Below, piece by piece: positions 1-8,005 of a DNA stretch of 60,580 nucleotides (positions are counted from its first letter, which is position 1; each line of letters opens with the position of its first letter). The notes beneath the pieces are model-generated. The model was given only the letters and a program-made list of their open reading frames with translations, was not told the DNA's origin and searched no databases. The translations under genes and the position numbers were made by a program. Source of the stretch: an uncultured Lachnospiraceae bacterium (GTDB lineage Bacteria > Bacillota > Clostridia > Lachnospirales > Lachnospiraceae); the NCBI GenBank assembly GCA_944375845.1, contig CALWAW010000004.1, positions 1-60,580 of the forward strand. Reading direction: 5' to 3'.

Positions 1-636
1 TATATCCGCGGCACCTTCACCCGCTACAACCTGGATTTCGCCAACGACGTGCTCCATTTTGCCGACGAGGGCTTCGACGAGATCTCCGTGGAGCCGGTGG
101 TGGCCTCCCCCGATGAGGACTACGCCATCCAAAAGGAGGATCTCCCTCAGATCCTGGCGGAGTACGACCGGCTGGCGAAGGAGTATGTAAAGCGCAGAAA
201 AGAAGGGCGCGGCTTCATCTTCTTCCACTTTATGATCGATTTAAGCCAGGGGCCCTGCGTGGCCAAGCGCCTTTCCGGCTGCGGCTCCGGCACCGAGTAT
301 CTGGCGGTGACGCCCTGGGGCGATCTTTATCCCTGCCATCAGTTTGTGGGACAGGAGGAGTTCCTTCTGGGCAACGTGGATGAGGGGATTGTCAACACGG
401 CGGTGCGGGACGAGTTCAAGGCCTGCAACGTTTACGCCAAGGATGCCTGCAAGGACTGCTTCGCCCGTTTCTATTGCAGCGGCGGCTGCGCGGCCAACGC
501 ATGGAACTTCTCAGGCTCCATCACGGGCGCTTACGACATCGGCTGCGAGATGCAGAAGAAGCGGATCGAGTGCGCGCTGATGATTCAGGCGGCCTTAAAC
601 GACGGGGATGGTGAAGAAGCCGGGAGTGAAGCATGA
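1..636 (+). CDS. scfB: SCIFF/ranthipeptide radical SAM maturase, C-terminal part with SPASM domain (5' end outside window)
   Basis: Frame is open from base 1 (YIRGTFTRYNLDF...). SPASM cysteines GPCVAKRLSGCGSG...YPCHQF...CKDCFARFYCSGGCAAN. Usual clostridial position upstream of tgt-yajC. Confidence 0.88.
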   Translation, partial: YIRGTFTRYNLDFANDVLHFADEGFDEISVEPVVASPDEDYAIQKEDLPQILAEYDRLAKEYVKRRKEGRGFIFFHFMIDLSQGPCVAKRLSGCGSGTEYLAVTPWGDLYPCHQFVGQEEFLLGNVDEGIVNTAVRDEFKACNVYAKDACKDCFARFYCSGGCAANAWNFSGSITGAYDIGCEMQKKRIECALMIQAALNDGDGEEAGSEA

Positions 637-1781
637 AGTATCAGATCTTGACAAAGGACGGGCGGGCCAAGCGGGCCAGGCTTGAGACGGTACACGGGAC
701 CGTGGAGACCCCTCTTTTTATGAACGTGGGCACTGCGGCGGCCATCAAGGGCGCCGTGGCCACCTCGGATCTGGAGCAGATCGGGACCCAGGTGGAGCTT
801 TCCAACACCTACCATCTCCATGTGCGCCCCGGCGATCAGGTGGTGAAGGCGATGGGCGGCATCCGCCGGTTTATGTCCTGGGACAGGCCGGTGCTCACCG
901 ACTCCGGCGGCTTTCAGGTGTTTTCCCTGGCGGGGCTCCGGAAGATCCGCGAGGAGGGCGTCTATTTCAGCTCCCATATTGACGGGCGGAAGATTTTCAT
1001 GGGGCCCGAGGAGAGTATGCAGATCCAGTCGAACCTGGCCTCCACCATTGCCATGGCTTTTGACGAGTGCGCCCCGGCCAAGGCGGAGCGGGACTATATC
1101 GAGCGCTCCGTGGAGCGGACCACCAGATGGCTTGCCCGCTGCAAGGCGGAGATGGAGCGGCTGAACAGCCTTCCCGACACATTGAATCCGAACCAGCTTC
1201 TGTTCGGCATCAACCAGGGCGGCGTCCTGGAGGACGTGCGGATCGCCCACGCCCAGCAGATCGCGGAGCTTGACCTGGACGGCTACGCTGTGGGCGGCCT
1301 GGCGGTGGGCGAGAGCCATGAGGAGATGTACCGGATCCTGGACGTGACCGTGCCGCACCTGCCGGAGGACAAGCCCACCTACCTGATGGGCGTGGGAACC
1401 CCGGCCAATATCCTGGAGGGCGTGGAGCGGGGCGTGGACTTTTTCGACTGTGTTTATCCCAGCCGCAACGGCCGCCACGGCCACGTGTACACAAACCATG
1501 GAAAGCTGAACCTGTTCAACGCGAAGTATGAGCGGGACGAGCGTCCCATCGAGGAGGGCTGCGGCTGCCCCGCCTGTCAGAGATACAGCAGGGCCTATAT
1601 CCGCCACCTTCTCAAGGCCAAGGAAATGCTGGGGATGCGTTTTTGCGTCTTGCATAATCTGTATTTTTATAATACAATGATGAGTGAGATTCGGGAAGCG
1701 ATCGAAAATCATTGCTTTGCCCGGTATAAAAAAGAAAAGCTGGCGCGTATGCAGGGCGCCGGCGCAGAAGAAGGAGAATGA
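633..1781 (+). CDS. tgt: tRNA-guanine transglycosylase
   Basis: TDSGGFQVFSL, MGVGTP, FDCV and zinc site CGCPAC...HNL. Confidence 0.97.
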   Translation: MKYQILTKDGRAKRARLETVHGTVETPLFMNVGTAAAIKGAVATSDLEQIGTQVELSNTYHLHVRPGDQVVKAMGGIRRFMSWDRPVLTDSGGFQVFSLAGLRKIREEGVYFSSHIDGRKIFMGPEESMQIQSNLASTIAMAFDECAPAKAERDYIERSVERTTRWLARCKAEMERLNSLPDTLNPNQLLFGINQGGVLEDVRIAHAQQIAELDLDGYAVGGLAVGESHEEMYRILDVTVPHLPEDKPTYLMGVGTPANILEGVERGVDFFDCVYPSRNGRHGHVYTNHGKLNLFNAKYERDERPIEEGCGCPACQRYSRAYIRHLLKAKEMLGMRFCVLHNLYFYNTMMSEIREAIENHCFARYKKEKLARMQGAGAEEGE

Positions 1782-2095
1782 ACATGAATTTATTGACAGC
1801 CAGCAGTATGGGCAACATAGGCTTCTGGGTCATCTACATCGTTGTCATCATCGCGTTTATGTATTTTATCGCGATCCGCCCTCAGAAAAAGCAGCAGAAG
1901 CAGCTTCAGTCCCTGATCAACAGCCTTGAGGTGGGCGATAGCGTGGAGACCACCAGCGGCTTTTACGGGGTCATCATTGACATCACCGACGACATGGTGA
2001 TCGTGGAATTCGGCGGAAACAAGAACTGCCGCATCCCCATGGTCAAGACCGCCATCACCAGGGTGGAAAAGGCCGACGAGGGCGAGAGCAAATAA
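1778..2095 (+). CDS. yajC: Preprotein translocase subunit YajC
   Basis: One N-terminal TM helix, then RPQKKQ...GDSVETTSGFYG; follows tgt. Confidence 0.95.
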   Translation: MNMNLLTASSMGNIGFWVIYIVVIIAFMYFIAIRPQKKQQKQLQSLINSLEVGDSVETTSGFYGVIIDITDDMVIVEFGGNKNCRIPMVKTAITRVEKADEGESK

Positions 2096-2098
2096 TTG

Positions 2099-2127
2099 TT
2101 GACGGATTTTTCAAAGTGTGTTATATT
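2099..2127 (+). promoter_or_regulatory. Sigma-A promoter for the riboswitch/DUF1576 transcript
   Basis: TTGACG-17 bp-TATATT with an extended -10 TG. Confidence 0.7.
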
Positions 2128-2144
2128 CTTAACAGAAAAAGGAA

Positions 2145-2216
2145 AGGCTTCAGCGGCTGACGGATACGTGAGTCACACGGTGCCACTGAAGTCTATATGA
2201 GCCGACCGTCTGGGCA
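2145..2216 (+). ncRNA. ZMP/ZTP (pfl) riboswitch aptamer
   Basis: P1 AGGCTTCAG(2145-2153)/CTGAAGTCT(2186-2194); conserved CTGACGGA and GCCGACCGTCTGGGCA; pseudoknot GACGG/CCGTC. Confidence 0.88.
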
Positions 2217-2250
2217 GCATTTGTAAATACGAATGCTGCCCATTTTGTTT
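2211..2250 (+). terminator. Riboswitch expression-platform terminator overlapping aptamer P3
   Basis: Perfect 11-bp stem TGGGCAGCATT/AATGCTGCCCA followed by TTTTGTTT. Confidence 0.85.
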
Positions 2251-2256
2251 GGAAAG

Positions 2257-2472
2257 CGCCGGACAGCGGCAAACGCCGGCCTGCTTGCAGGCCCGGGCGT
2301 TTAGCCATTGGACGGCCAAGGGGTCATGAGCAAGCAGGCCGTCAGGCCGAAATTGCGAATGGGCCCGGCGATGGCGGGAGTTCGTAGAACGGAGCCATCG
2401 GCTTTCCAAAGAAAAACCAGGTACGCCGGACAGCGGCAAACGCCGGCCTGCTTGCAGGCCCGGACGTTTGGC
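2257..2472. repeat. Two 49-bp palindromic REP-like direct repeats (2257-2305, 2424-2472)
   Basis: 47/49 identical; each folds AAACG..GGCCTGC-TT-GCAGGCC..CGTTT; additional inverted repeat TTTGGAAAGC(2248)/GCTTTCCAAA(2401). Confidence 0.85.
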
Positions 2473-2523
2473 GGGCGGGAAGGCGCCGGCTCATTCCATT
2501 TAAGGGGAAAGAAGGTATAAGGT

Positions 2524-3882
2524 ATGAAGGAACAAAAAGCGGACAACAGCACGTACATCCTCCGGATGCTCTTCGGCTTTTCAGCCGCCCTCATCATCGG
2601 AGCACTGTGCGCGGGAGATTTCGGGAACCTGATTCCCGGCTTTGTGACCATCTGCACGAGACCGGCCCAGTTCACCATGGATTATTTTGTGCTGGGCGGC
2701 CTGGGAAGCGCGTTTTTAAACGCCGGTCTGGTGGGCCTGATCTGCTGCGGGCTTCTGTATTTCAGCAAGGCGAAATGCACGGGCCTCACGGTGGCGGCCT
2801 TCTGGCTCAATGTGGGATTTGCCACCTTCGGCATGAATCCGGTCAATATGTGGCCCTTCTTTATCGGCGTGTGGATCTATTCCAGAATTAAGAAGGTCAC
2901 CTTCGGGAGCGTCGCGAACCTGGCAATGTTCTCCACAGCCCTGGCTCCCTTTGCCAGCGAGCTGATGTTCCGCTATCCGGCCGCGGAGACCACGGGCTTT
3001 TCCTGGCTGGGCCTCTTAGGCGCGGTGATTCTGGGAATCGTGGTGGGGCTTGTGATGCCCGCCCTCTGCGCCCACGCCCCCAACTTCCATAAGGGCTACG
3101 ACCTCTACAACGCCGGTCCCGCCGCAGGGTTCCTGGCCTTTCTGATCTTCTGCATCCTGTACAAATCGCCGGGTGTGCCCCAGCCGGAAAATACGAAGCT
3201 GGGCGACGGCTATCAGCTTTTTGTGAGCGTCTTTTTCCTGGTGGTGTTCCTTCTCTGCCTGGCGGCGGCCTATATGATGGACAAGAGCTGCTTTAAGAAT
3301 TATAAGGCCCTCTGGAAAAGCGACGGCTATAAAACCGATTATACGGAAGCCTTCGGGATGCCTGTGACGCTGGTAAACGTGGGCTTTTACGGGCTGTTCA
3401 TCTTGCTTTATTACAATCTGGTCCACGGCATGACCATGGTGGACGGAAGCCTGGTATTTACAGGCGCCAAGTTCACCGGAGCCACCATGGGGGCGATCAT
3501 GTGCATGATGGCCTTCAGCGCCCAGGGCGCTCAGCCCAGGACCGTGTTCCCCATTATGATCGGATACGCCATAGCCTCCTTCCTGCCCTTCCTCATGTAT
3601 GTGGGCGGAGTGGTGCCGGAGCAGAGCTGGACCCTTACCACCCAGGGAATTCTGGTGGGCCTCTGCTTCGCCAGCGGCCTGGCTCCCGTGGCAGGAAAGT
3701 TTGGATTCTTCGCCGGAGTGCTGGCCGGTGCTGTCCACGCGATTCTGGTGACTACGGTGCCTCAGCTTCACGGCGGCTTCTGCCTCTATAACGGCGGCTT
3801 CACCGCCGGAATCGTCGCCTTCCTCGTGGTGCCGGTGCTGGAATGCTTCCGCAGGGCCAAAAAAGAAGAGGCGAAGGAATAA
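2524..3882 (+). CDS. DUF1576-family polytopic membrane protein (putative transporter)
   Basis: 452 aa, highly hydrophobic; internally duplicated motif HKGYDLYNAG / HGGFCLYNGGF. Confidence 0.75.
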   Translation: MKEQKADNSTYILRMLFGFSAALIIGALCAGDFGNLIPGFVTICTRPAQFTMDYFVLGGLGSAFLNAGLVGLICCGLLYFSKAKCTGLTVAAFWLNVGFATFGMNPVNMWPFFIGVWIYSRIKKVTFGSVANLAMFSTALAPFASELMFRYPAAETTGFSWLGLLGAVILGIVVGLVMPALCAHAPNFHKGYDLYNAGPAAGFLAFLIFCILYKSPGVPQPENTKLGDGYQLFVSVFFLVVFLLCLAAAYMMDKSCFKNYKALWKSDGYKTDYTEAFGMPVTLVNVGFYGLFILLYYNLVHGMTMVDGSLVFTGAKFTGATMGAIMCMMAFSAQGAQPRTVFPIMIGYAIASFLPFLMYVGGVVPEQSWTLTTQGILVGLCFASGLAPVAGKFGFFAGVLAGAVHAILVTTVPQLHGGFCLYNGGFTAGIVAFLVVPVLECFRRAKKEEAKE

Positions 3883-3904
3883 AATAGTAAGACCTTAAAA
3901 CTTA

Positions 3905-3935
3905 TCCTCTCTGCCGTGAGGCAGAGGGGATTTTG
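3905..3935 (+). terminator. Intrinsic terminator after DUF1576 gene
   Basis: ATCCTCTCTGCC-gtga-GGCAGAGGGGAT followed by TTT. Confidence 0.7.
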
Positions 3936-3965
3936 TATTCCGGAGTTTTATGGGCGGCGCGAGAT

Positions 3966-4001
3966 AAAAACAGTGCCCCGCGGTTTCGTTCCGCGGGGCA
4001 C
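3966..4001 (-). terminator. Intrinsic terminator of the surface-protein gene
   Basis: GTGCCCCGCGG/CCGCGGGGCAC stem preceded by AAAAA on the + strand. Confidence 0.7.
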
Positions 4002-4012
4002 GATGTTACAGG

Positions 4013-5152
4013 TTATTTATTGTATTTTTCTTTGTGGCCGTAAAGCACGACGCCGGTCAGGGCAGCGCCCGCAGCCAGCATACCTGCGGCCCACAGGGCG
4101 ATCTTTTTGTTGTCGCCGGTCTGAGGATACTTGGTGTCGTCTGTCTGGCTTTCACCCTTTGACGGTTCGGAAGGGGCTTCCTCCGGCTTTGAAGGCTTGG
4201 CGGGCTCAGTGGGCTCCTCCGGCTTTGAAGGCTCGGTGGGCTCAGTGGGCTCCTCCGGCTTTGAAGGCTCGGTGGGTTCAGTGGGGGCCTCCGTTGTTCC
4301 CGTCGCCGGGATTTCCACTGCCGCCTTTGCATAGCCGCAGACGGTGCATTCCTCGTGCCTGGAGCCTGCTTCCGTGGCGGTGGCTTCCTTATCCGTTACC
4401 CATGTAAGGGTGTGGGCGGCCTCGTTCAGCTTCTCGCCGCATTCACAGGTGTTCCAGTGGTTCGCTTCGTCAGAGTGCCAGCCGCTGTCGTCAGGGGTGT
4501 GTTCTTTCAGCTTTGGAATGGTGATTTCTTCCAAGCTCAGTTCATTGGTTCCTGCGGCGCTTTTATAGTATTTATCACAATATTCACAATACCAGCAGGC
4601 GATATTGCCATCTTCTAAGTGGGTCGGCTCTTTGGCTTCGACATATTTCATATCATGGCTCACAGCATAAGTTACATTAAAGCGAGCGTGCTCCCTGACT
4701 GTGCCATCTTCACTGGTATAAGTAATAAAACCTTTTAGGGTTGACTGTGTGACGGCACTTAGATCGTCTTTTAGCTTGATTGATACGGTTGCTTCTTCAT
4801 TTGGTTCCAAAGTATTTTTATCAAGCGTAATGACAAGCCAGGGATTTTTTCCACGATCTTCTAAAAGGATCGTCTGATTACCGGTATTTTTAATTGTGAT
4901 ATACTTTGGCTCCTGGGGCTCATAACCTTCCTTTACAAAGGGCAGGCTGATTTTCTCTGGGTCAACGGAGACAGAGTAAACCGGGGCTTCTGTGTCAGAA
5001 TCTGACGCTTCGCCGCCGTCGGCGGAGTCCATGACGGCCGCTGAATTGACTGGCAGTTCACTGTTTGTTTCTGAGCTGCCCTCAGCGCTTGCCGGAATCC
5101 ATAATCCCAGTACCATCAATGCAGAGATCAGCAAAGTAAATAATCGTTTCAT
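4013..5152 (-). CDS. Sortase-anchored cell-surface protein with Ig-like region, Cys/His repeats and Pro/Glu stalk
   Basis: Signal peptide MKRLF..; GGAGG RBS; CEYC, CECG and CTVCG motifs; PTEPSKPEE repeats; C-terminal YPQTG, hydrophobic helix and basic tail. Confidence 0.85.
   Translation of the reverse strand: MKRLFTLLISALMVLGLWIPASAEGSSETNSELPVNSAAVMDSADGGEASDSDTEAPVYSVSVDPEKISLPFVKEGYEPQEPKYITIKNTGNQTILLEDRGKNPWLVITLDKNTLEPNEEATVSIKLKDDLSAVTQSTLKGFITYTSEDGTVREHARFNVTYAVSHDMKYVEAKEPTHLEDGNIACWYCEYCDKYYKSAAGTNELSLEEITIPKLKEHTPDDSGWHSDEANHWNTCECGEKLNEAAHTLTWVTDKEATATEAGSRHEECTVCGYAKAAVEIPATGTTEAPTEPTEPSKPEEPTEPTEPSKPEEPTEPAKPSKPEEAPSEPSKGESQTDDTKYPQTGDNKKIALWAAGMLAAGAALTGVVLYGHKEKYNK
4181..4284. 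repeat. Three 36-bp tandem repeats encoding PTEPTEPSKPEE
   Basis: CTCCGGCTTTGAAGGCT recurs at 4181, 4217 and 4253. Confidence 0.9.
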
Positions 5153-5235
5153 TTTTATCCTCCTCCTCACGTACCTATAACTTATCACAAAACAGGTTGA
5201 TTTTCAAACTTTTCGGGAAAGAGTTCAGATTGTAG

Positions 5236-5281
5236 TTGACAAACCACTGTTCATATTGTATATATTATATATGTACAATAT
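5236..5281 (+). promoter_or_regulatory. Sigma-A promoter overlapped by a YtrA-type operator palindrome
   Basis: TTGACA(5236), then a TATA-rich -10; inverted repeat ATATTGTA...TACAATAT at 5253-5281. Confidence 0.7.
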
Positions 5282-5304
5282 TTAAACCCATGGGAGCTGG
5301 AGCA

Positions 5305-5679
5305 ATGAACATTCATATCAGCAACGCCGACGGAAGTCCCATCTATCAGCAGATCGTGGATCAGGTCAAGGCGCAGATCATTTCCGGGGAGCTCAAGGAG
5401 GGGGAGGCCCTTCCCTCCATGCGGCTTCTGGCAAAGGAGCTTCGGATCAGCGTGATCACCACCAAGCGCGCTTATGAGGAGCTGGAGCGGGAGGGCTTTC
5501 TCGTCTCCTACACAGGCAAGGGAAGCTTTGTGGCGGCGCCCAACAGAGAGCTCATAAGGGAGCAGAAAAGAAGGGCCGTGGAGGACTGCCTGGAGCAGGC
5601 GGTAAGGGAGGCCAGGGCCTGCGGCCTGGGCTTTCCGGAGCTTTCGGAAATGCTGGCCCTTTTAATGGAGGAGGAATAA
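5305..5679 (+). CDS. GntR-family (YtrA subfamily) transcriptional regulator
   Basis: PIYQQI...LPSMRLLAKELRISVITTKRAYEELE...GKGSFV; short C-terminus; start moved to the ATG after GGAG. Confidence 0.93.
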   Translation: MNIHISNADGSPIYQQIVDQVKAQIISGELKEGEALPSMRLLAKELRISVITTKRAYEELEREGFLVSYTGKGSFVAAPNRELIREQKRRAVEDCLEQAVREARACGLGFPELSEMLALLMEEE

Positions 5680-6519
5680 ATGGACGCATTGAGGCTGGAG
5701 CATGTCTCCAAACGGTACAGGGATTTTCTTCTGGATGATGTGAGCTTTACCCTGCCCTGCGGCTGCATCATGGGCTTTATCGGGGAAAACGGGGCGGGAA
5801 AGACCACCACCATCAGGCTGATTCTGGATATGGTAAGGCGGGATGGCGGCTCCATCGAGGTTCTGGGAAGAGAATGCAGCAAAAAGGACAGGAGAGTGCT
5901 GGAGCACGTGGGCGTGGTGCTGGATTCCTGCGGCTTCTCCGAAGAGATGACGGGAAACGAGGCCGGAAGGGTCATGGCGGGCTTCTATAAAACCTGGGAC
6001 AGGGAAAAGTTCAGACGCCTCTTGTCAGATTATCATGTGGACGGAAAAAAACGGATCCGGGAATACTCAAGGGGCATGAAGATGAAGCTTTCCCTGGCGG
6101 CGGCCATGTCCCACGAGAGCAGGCTTCTGATCCTGGACGAGGCTTTGAACGCCCTGGATCCCATGGCGAGGGAGGAGCTTTTGGAGGCCTTTCAGGAATT
6201 TATCATGGACGAGGGCCACAGCATTTTCTTATCCTCCCACATTCTCAGTGACCTGGAAAAGATCAGCGACTACATTACCTTTATTCATAAGGGAAAAATC
6301 CTTTTTTCGGAGGAAAAGGACCGGCTTCTGGAAACCTACGGGATTCTCCGCTGTGACCGTCAGAGCTTAAAGGGGCTTCCAGAGGGCGCGGTGGCCGGAA
6401 AACGGGAGAACGCCTTCGGCGTGGACGCCCTGGTGCAGCGGAGACTTGTTCCTGCGGGAACCAGGCTGGATGCGGCGGGGCTTGAGGACATTATGCTCTA
6501 TATGAGCAGGGAGGGTTAA
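5680..6519 (+). CDS. ABC transporter ATP-binding protein (YtrB-like)
   Basis: GENGAGKT, YSRGMKMK, LILDE. Confidence 0.93.
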   Translation: MDALRLEHVSKRYRDFLLDDVSFTLPCGCIMGFIGENGAGKTTTIRLILDMVRRDGGSIEVLGRECSKKDRRVLEHVGVVLDSCGFSEEMTGNEAGRVMAGFYKTWDREKFRRLLSDYHVDGKKRIREYSRGMKMKLSLAAAMSHESRLLILDEALNALDPMAREELLEAFQEFIMDEGHSIFLSSHILSDLEKISDYITFIHKGKILFSEEKDRLLETYGILRCDRQSLKGLPEGAVAGKRENAFGVDALVQRRLVPAGTRLDAAGLEDIMLYMSREG

Positions 6520-6520
6520 A

Positions 6521-7162
6521 ATGAGAGGGCTTTTGCGGAACGAATATTATTCCATGAAACGGTTGATGCTTCTGTATGCGGCCGTGCTGGCCTTTTACTT
6601 TATCCTGGGATTTTTGATAAGAGGCTCCTCCAACAGGGGAGTGCCCCTGGGGCTTCCGCTGTACGCGGATTTATTTGGCGTGGTGCTGGTGATCTATTCC
6701 TTTTCCTATGAAGAAAAGAGCGGCTGGAGCAGGCTGGTGAACACCCTTCCGGTCTCGAGGGGGAAGATCGTAAGGGGGAAATATCTCTTTTCCCTGATCG
6801 TTGTGCTCACGGCGGCCGCGGCGGGGCAGGTATTCTGGAGCCTGTCCAATATCCGGGCGGGAATTCCCGCCATGGACCTTTGGTGGTACTGCCCCATGTT
6901 CCTGGCCGGGGCGGCGGCTCTTCTGGCGGTCCTGCTTCCCTTGATGTTCCTTCTGGGAGCGGAAAAGGGACGGCTGATGGCGGCGGTGTTTTTCTTCGTC
7001 CTGATGTTTATCGGCGCGGCCAGGCAGATGTCCGGGAAATATATTTCTCTTGTGGACGTGCCGGTGTGGAAAATCCTGGCTGCTTCCTGCGGCGGAGCGG
7101 CCGTTTTACTGGCGGTTTCCTGCCTGATTTCGACGGTGATTTATAACCGCAAAGAATTTTAA
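6521..7162 (+). CDS. ABC-2 type permease
   Basis: About six TM helices; TLPVSRGKIVRGKY motif. Confidence 0.85.
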   Translation: MRGLLRNEYYSMKRLMLLYAAVLAFYFILGFLIRGSSNRGVPLGLPLYADLFGVVLVIYSFSYEEKSGWSRLVNTLPVSRGKIVRGKYLFSLIVVLTAAAAGQVFWSLSNIRAGIPAMDLWWYCPMFLAGAAALLAVLLPLMFLLGAEKGRLMAAVFFFVLMFIGAARQMSGKYISLVDVPVWKILAASCGGAAVLLAVSCLISTVIYNRKEF

Positions 7163-7279
7163 TAAACTTACAAAGATTTGTAAAAAAAATTAATATATTT
7201 AGAGTTGACAGCAATATCTACCGGTATTACTATGGGGATACCAAAGATTCGCAAAAGACTAGATGAGAGGTAAAGGATT

Positions 7280-8005
7280 ATGATTCAGCTGGAGCATGTA
7301 TCAAAGGTGTACAGCGGCGTCCACAAGGCGGTGGACGACTGCTCCTTCACAGTGGAGGACGGCAAGATCACCGGCTTCATCGGCCCCAACGGGGCGGGCA
7401 AGACGACGACGCTGAAAATGATCACCGGCATCCTGGAGGCGACGGAGGGGAAGATCTTTTTAGACGGGGACGACATCAGGAAAAATCCCCTCGAGGCAAA
7501 GAAGAAGATCGGCTTCGTATCCGATAATCCCGACAACTTCCTGCGGCTTAAGGGGGCGGAATACCTGAATTTCATGGCCGATATTTACGACGTGCCCTCC
7601 GAGGGCAGGCGGGAAAAGATCGCGGCCATGGCGGAGCGGTTCGAGATGACCGACGTGATGGGCGATAAGATCTTAAGCTATTCCCACGGTATGCGCCAGA
7701 AGATGATGGTCATGGGCGCGCTGATCCATGATCCCTCCATCTGGATCCTGGATGAGCCCCTTACGGGCCTGGATCCCAAGGCGTCCTTTGAGCTCAAGGA
7801 AATGATGCGGGAGCACGCCCAGAGCGGCCACGCCGTTCTGTTCTCCACCCATGTGCTGGAGGTGGCGGAAAAGCTCTGCGATCAGGTAGTCATTATCAAC
7901 AGGGGAAGGATCGTATTCCAGGGTACGCTCGACCAGTTGAGAGAGGGCTATCCTGAGGGAACCGGCTTAGAGGAAATTTTCCTGACGGTGACAGAGCATG
8001 CGTAA
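7280..8005 (+). CDS. ABC transporter ATP-binding protein
   Basis: GPNGAGKT, YSHGMRQK, ILDEPLTGLDP. Confidence 0.93.
   Translation: MIQLEHVSKVYSGVHKAVDDCSFTVEDGKITGFIGPNGAGKTTTLKMITGILEATEGKIFLDGDDIRKNPLEAKKKIGFVSDNPDNFLRLKGAEYLNFMADIYDVPSEGRREKIAAMAERFEMTDVMGDKILSYSHGMRQKMMVMGALIHDPSIWILDEPLTGLDPKASFELKEMMREHAQSGHAVLFSTHVLEVAEKLCDQVVIINRGRIVFQGTLDQLREGYPEGTGLEEIFLTVTEHA

Noticed and set aside
585-1712. Long antisense ORFs (also 21000-22046, 33188-34396, 44345-45550, 48208-49134, 56233-57324)
   Set aside because: Shadows of well-identified genes, caused by GC-rich codon bias; no motifs or RBS
1-2095. SCIFF maturase next to tgt-yajC as a novel RiPP locus
   Set aside because: Well-known conserved clostridial arrangement; the precursor would lie outside the window
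2257-2472. CRISPR array
   Set aside because: Only two 49-bp copies with a 118-bp gap and no cas genes
2173-2678. Short ORFs over the riboswitch/repeat leader
   Set aside because: Overlap structured RNA and palindromic repeats; no RBS or protein-like composition
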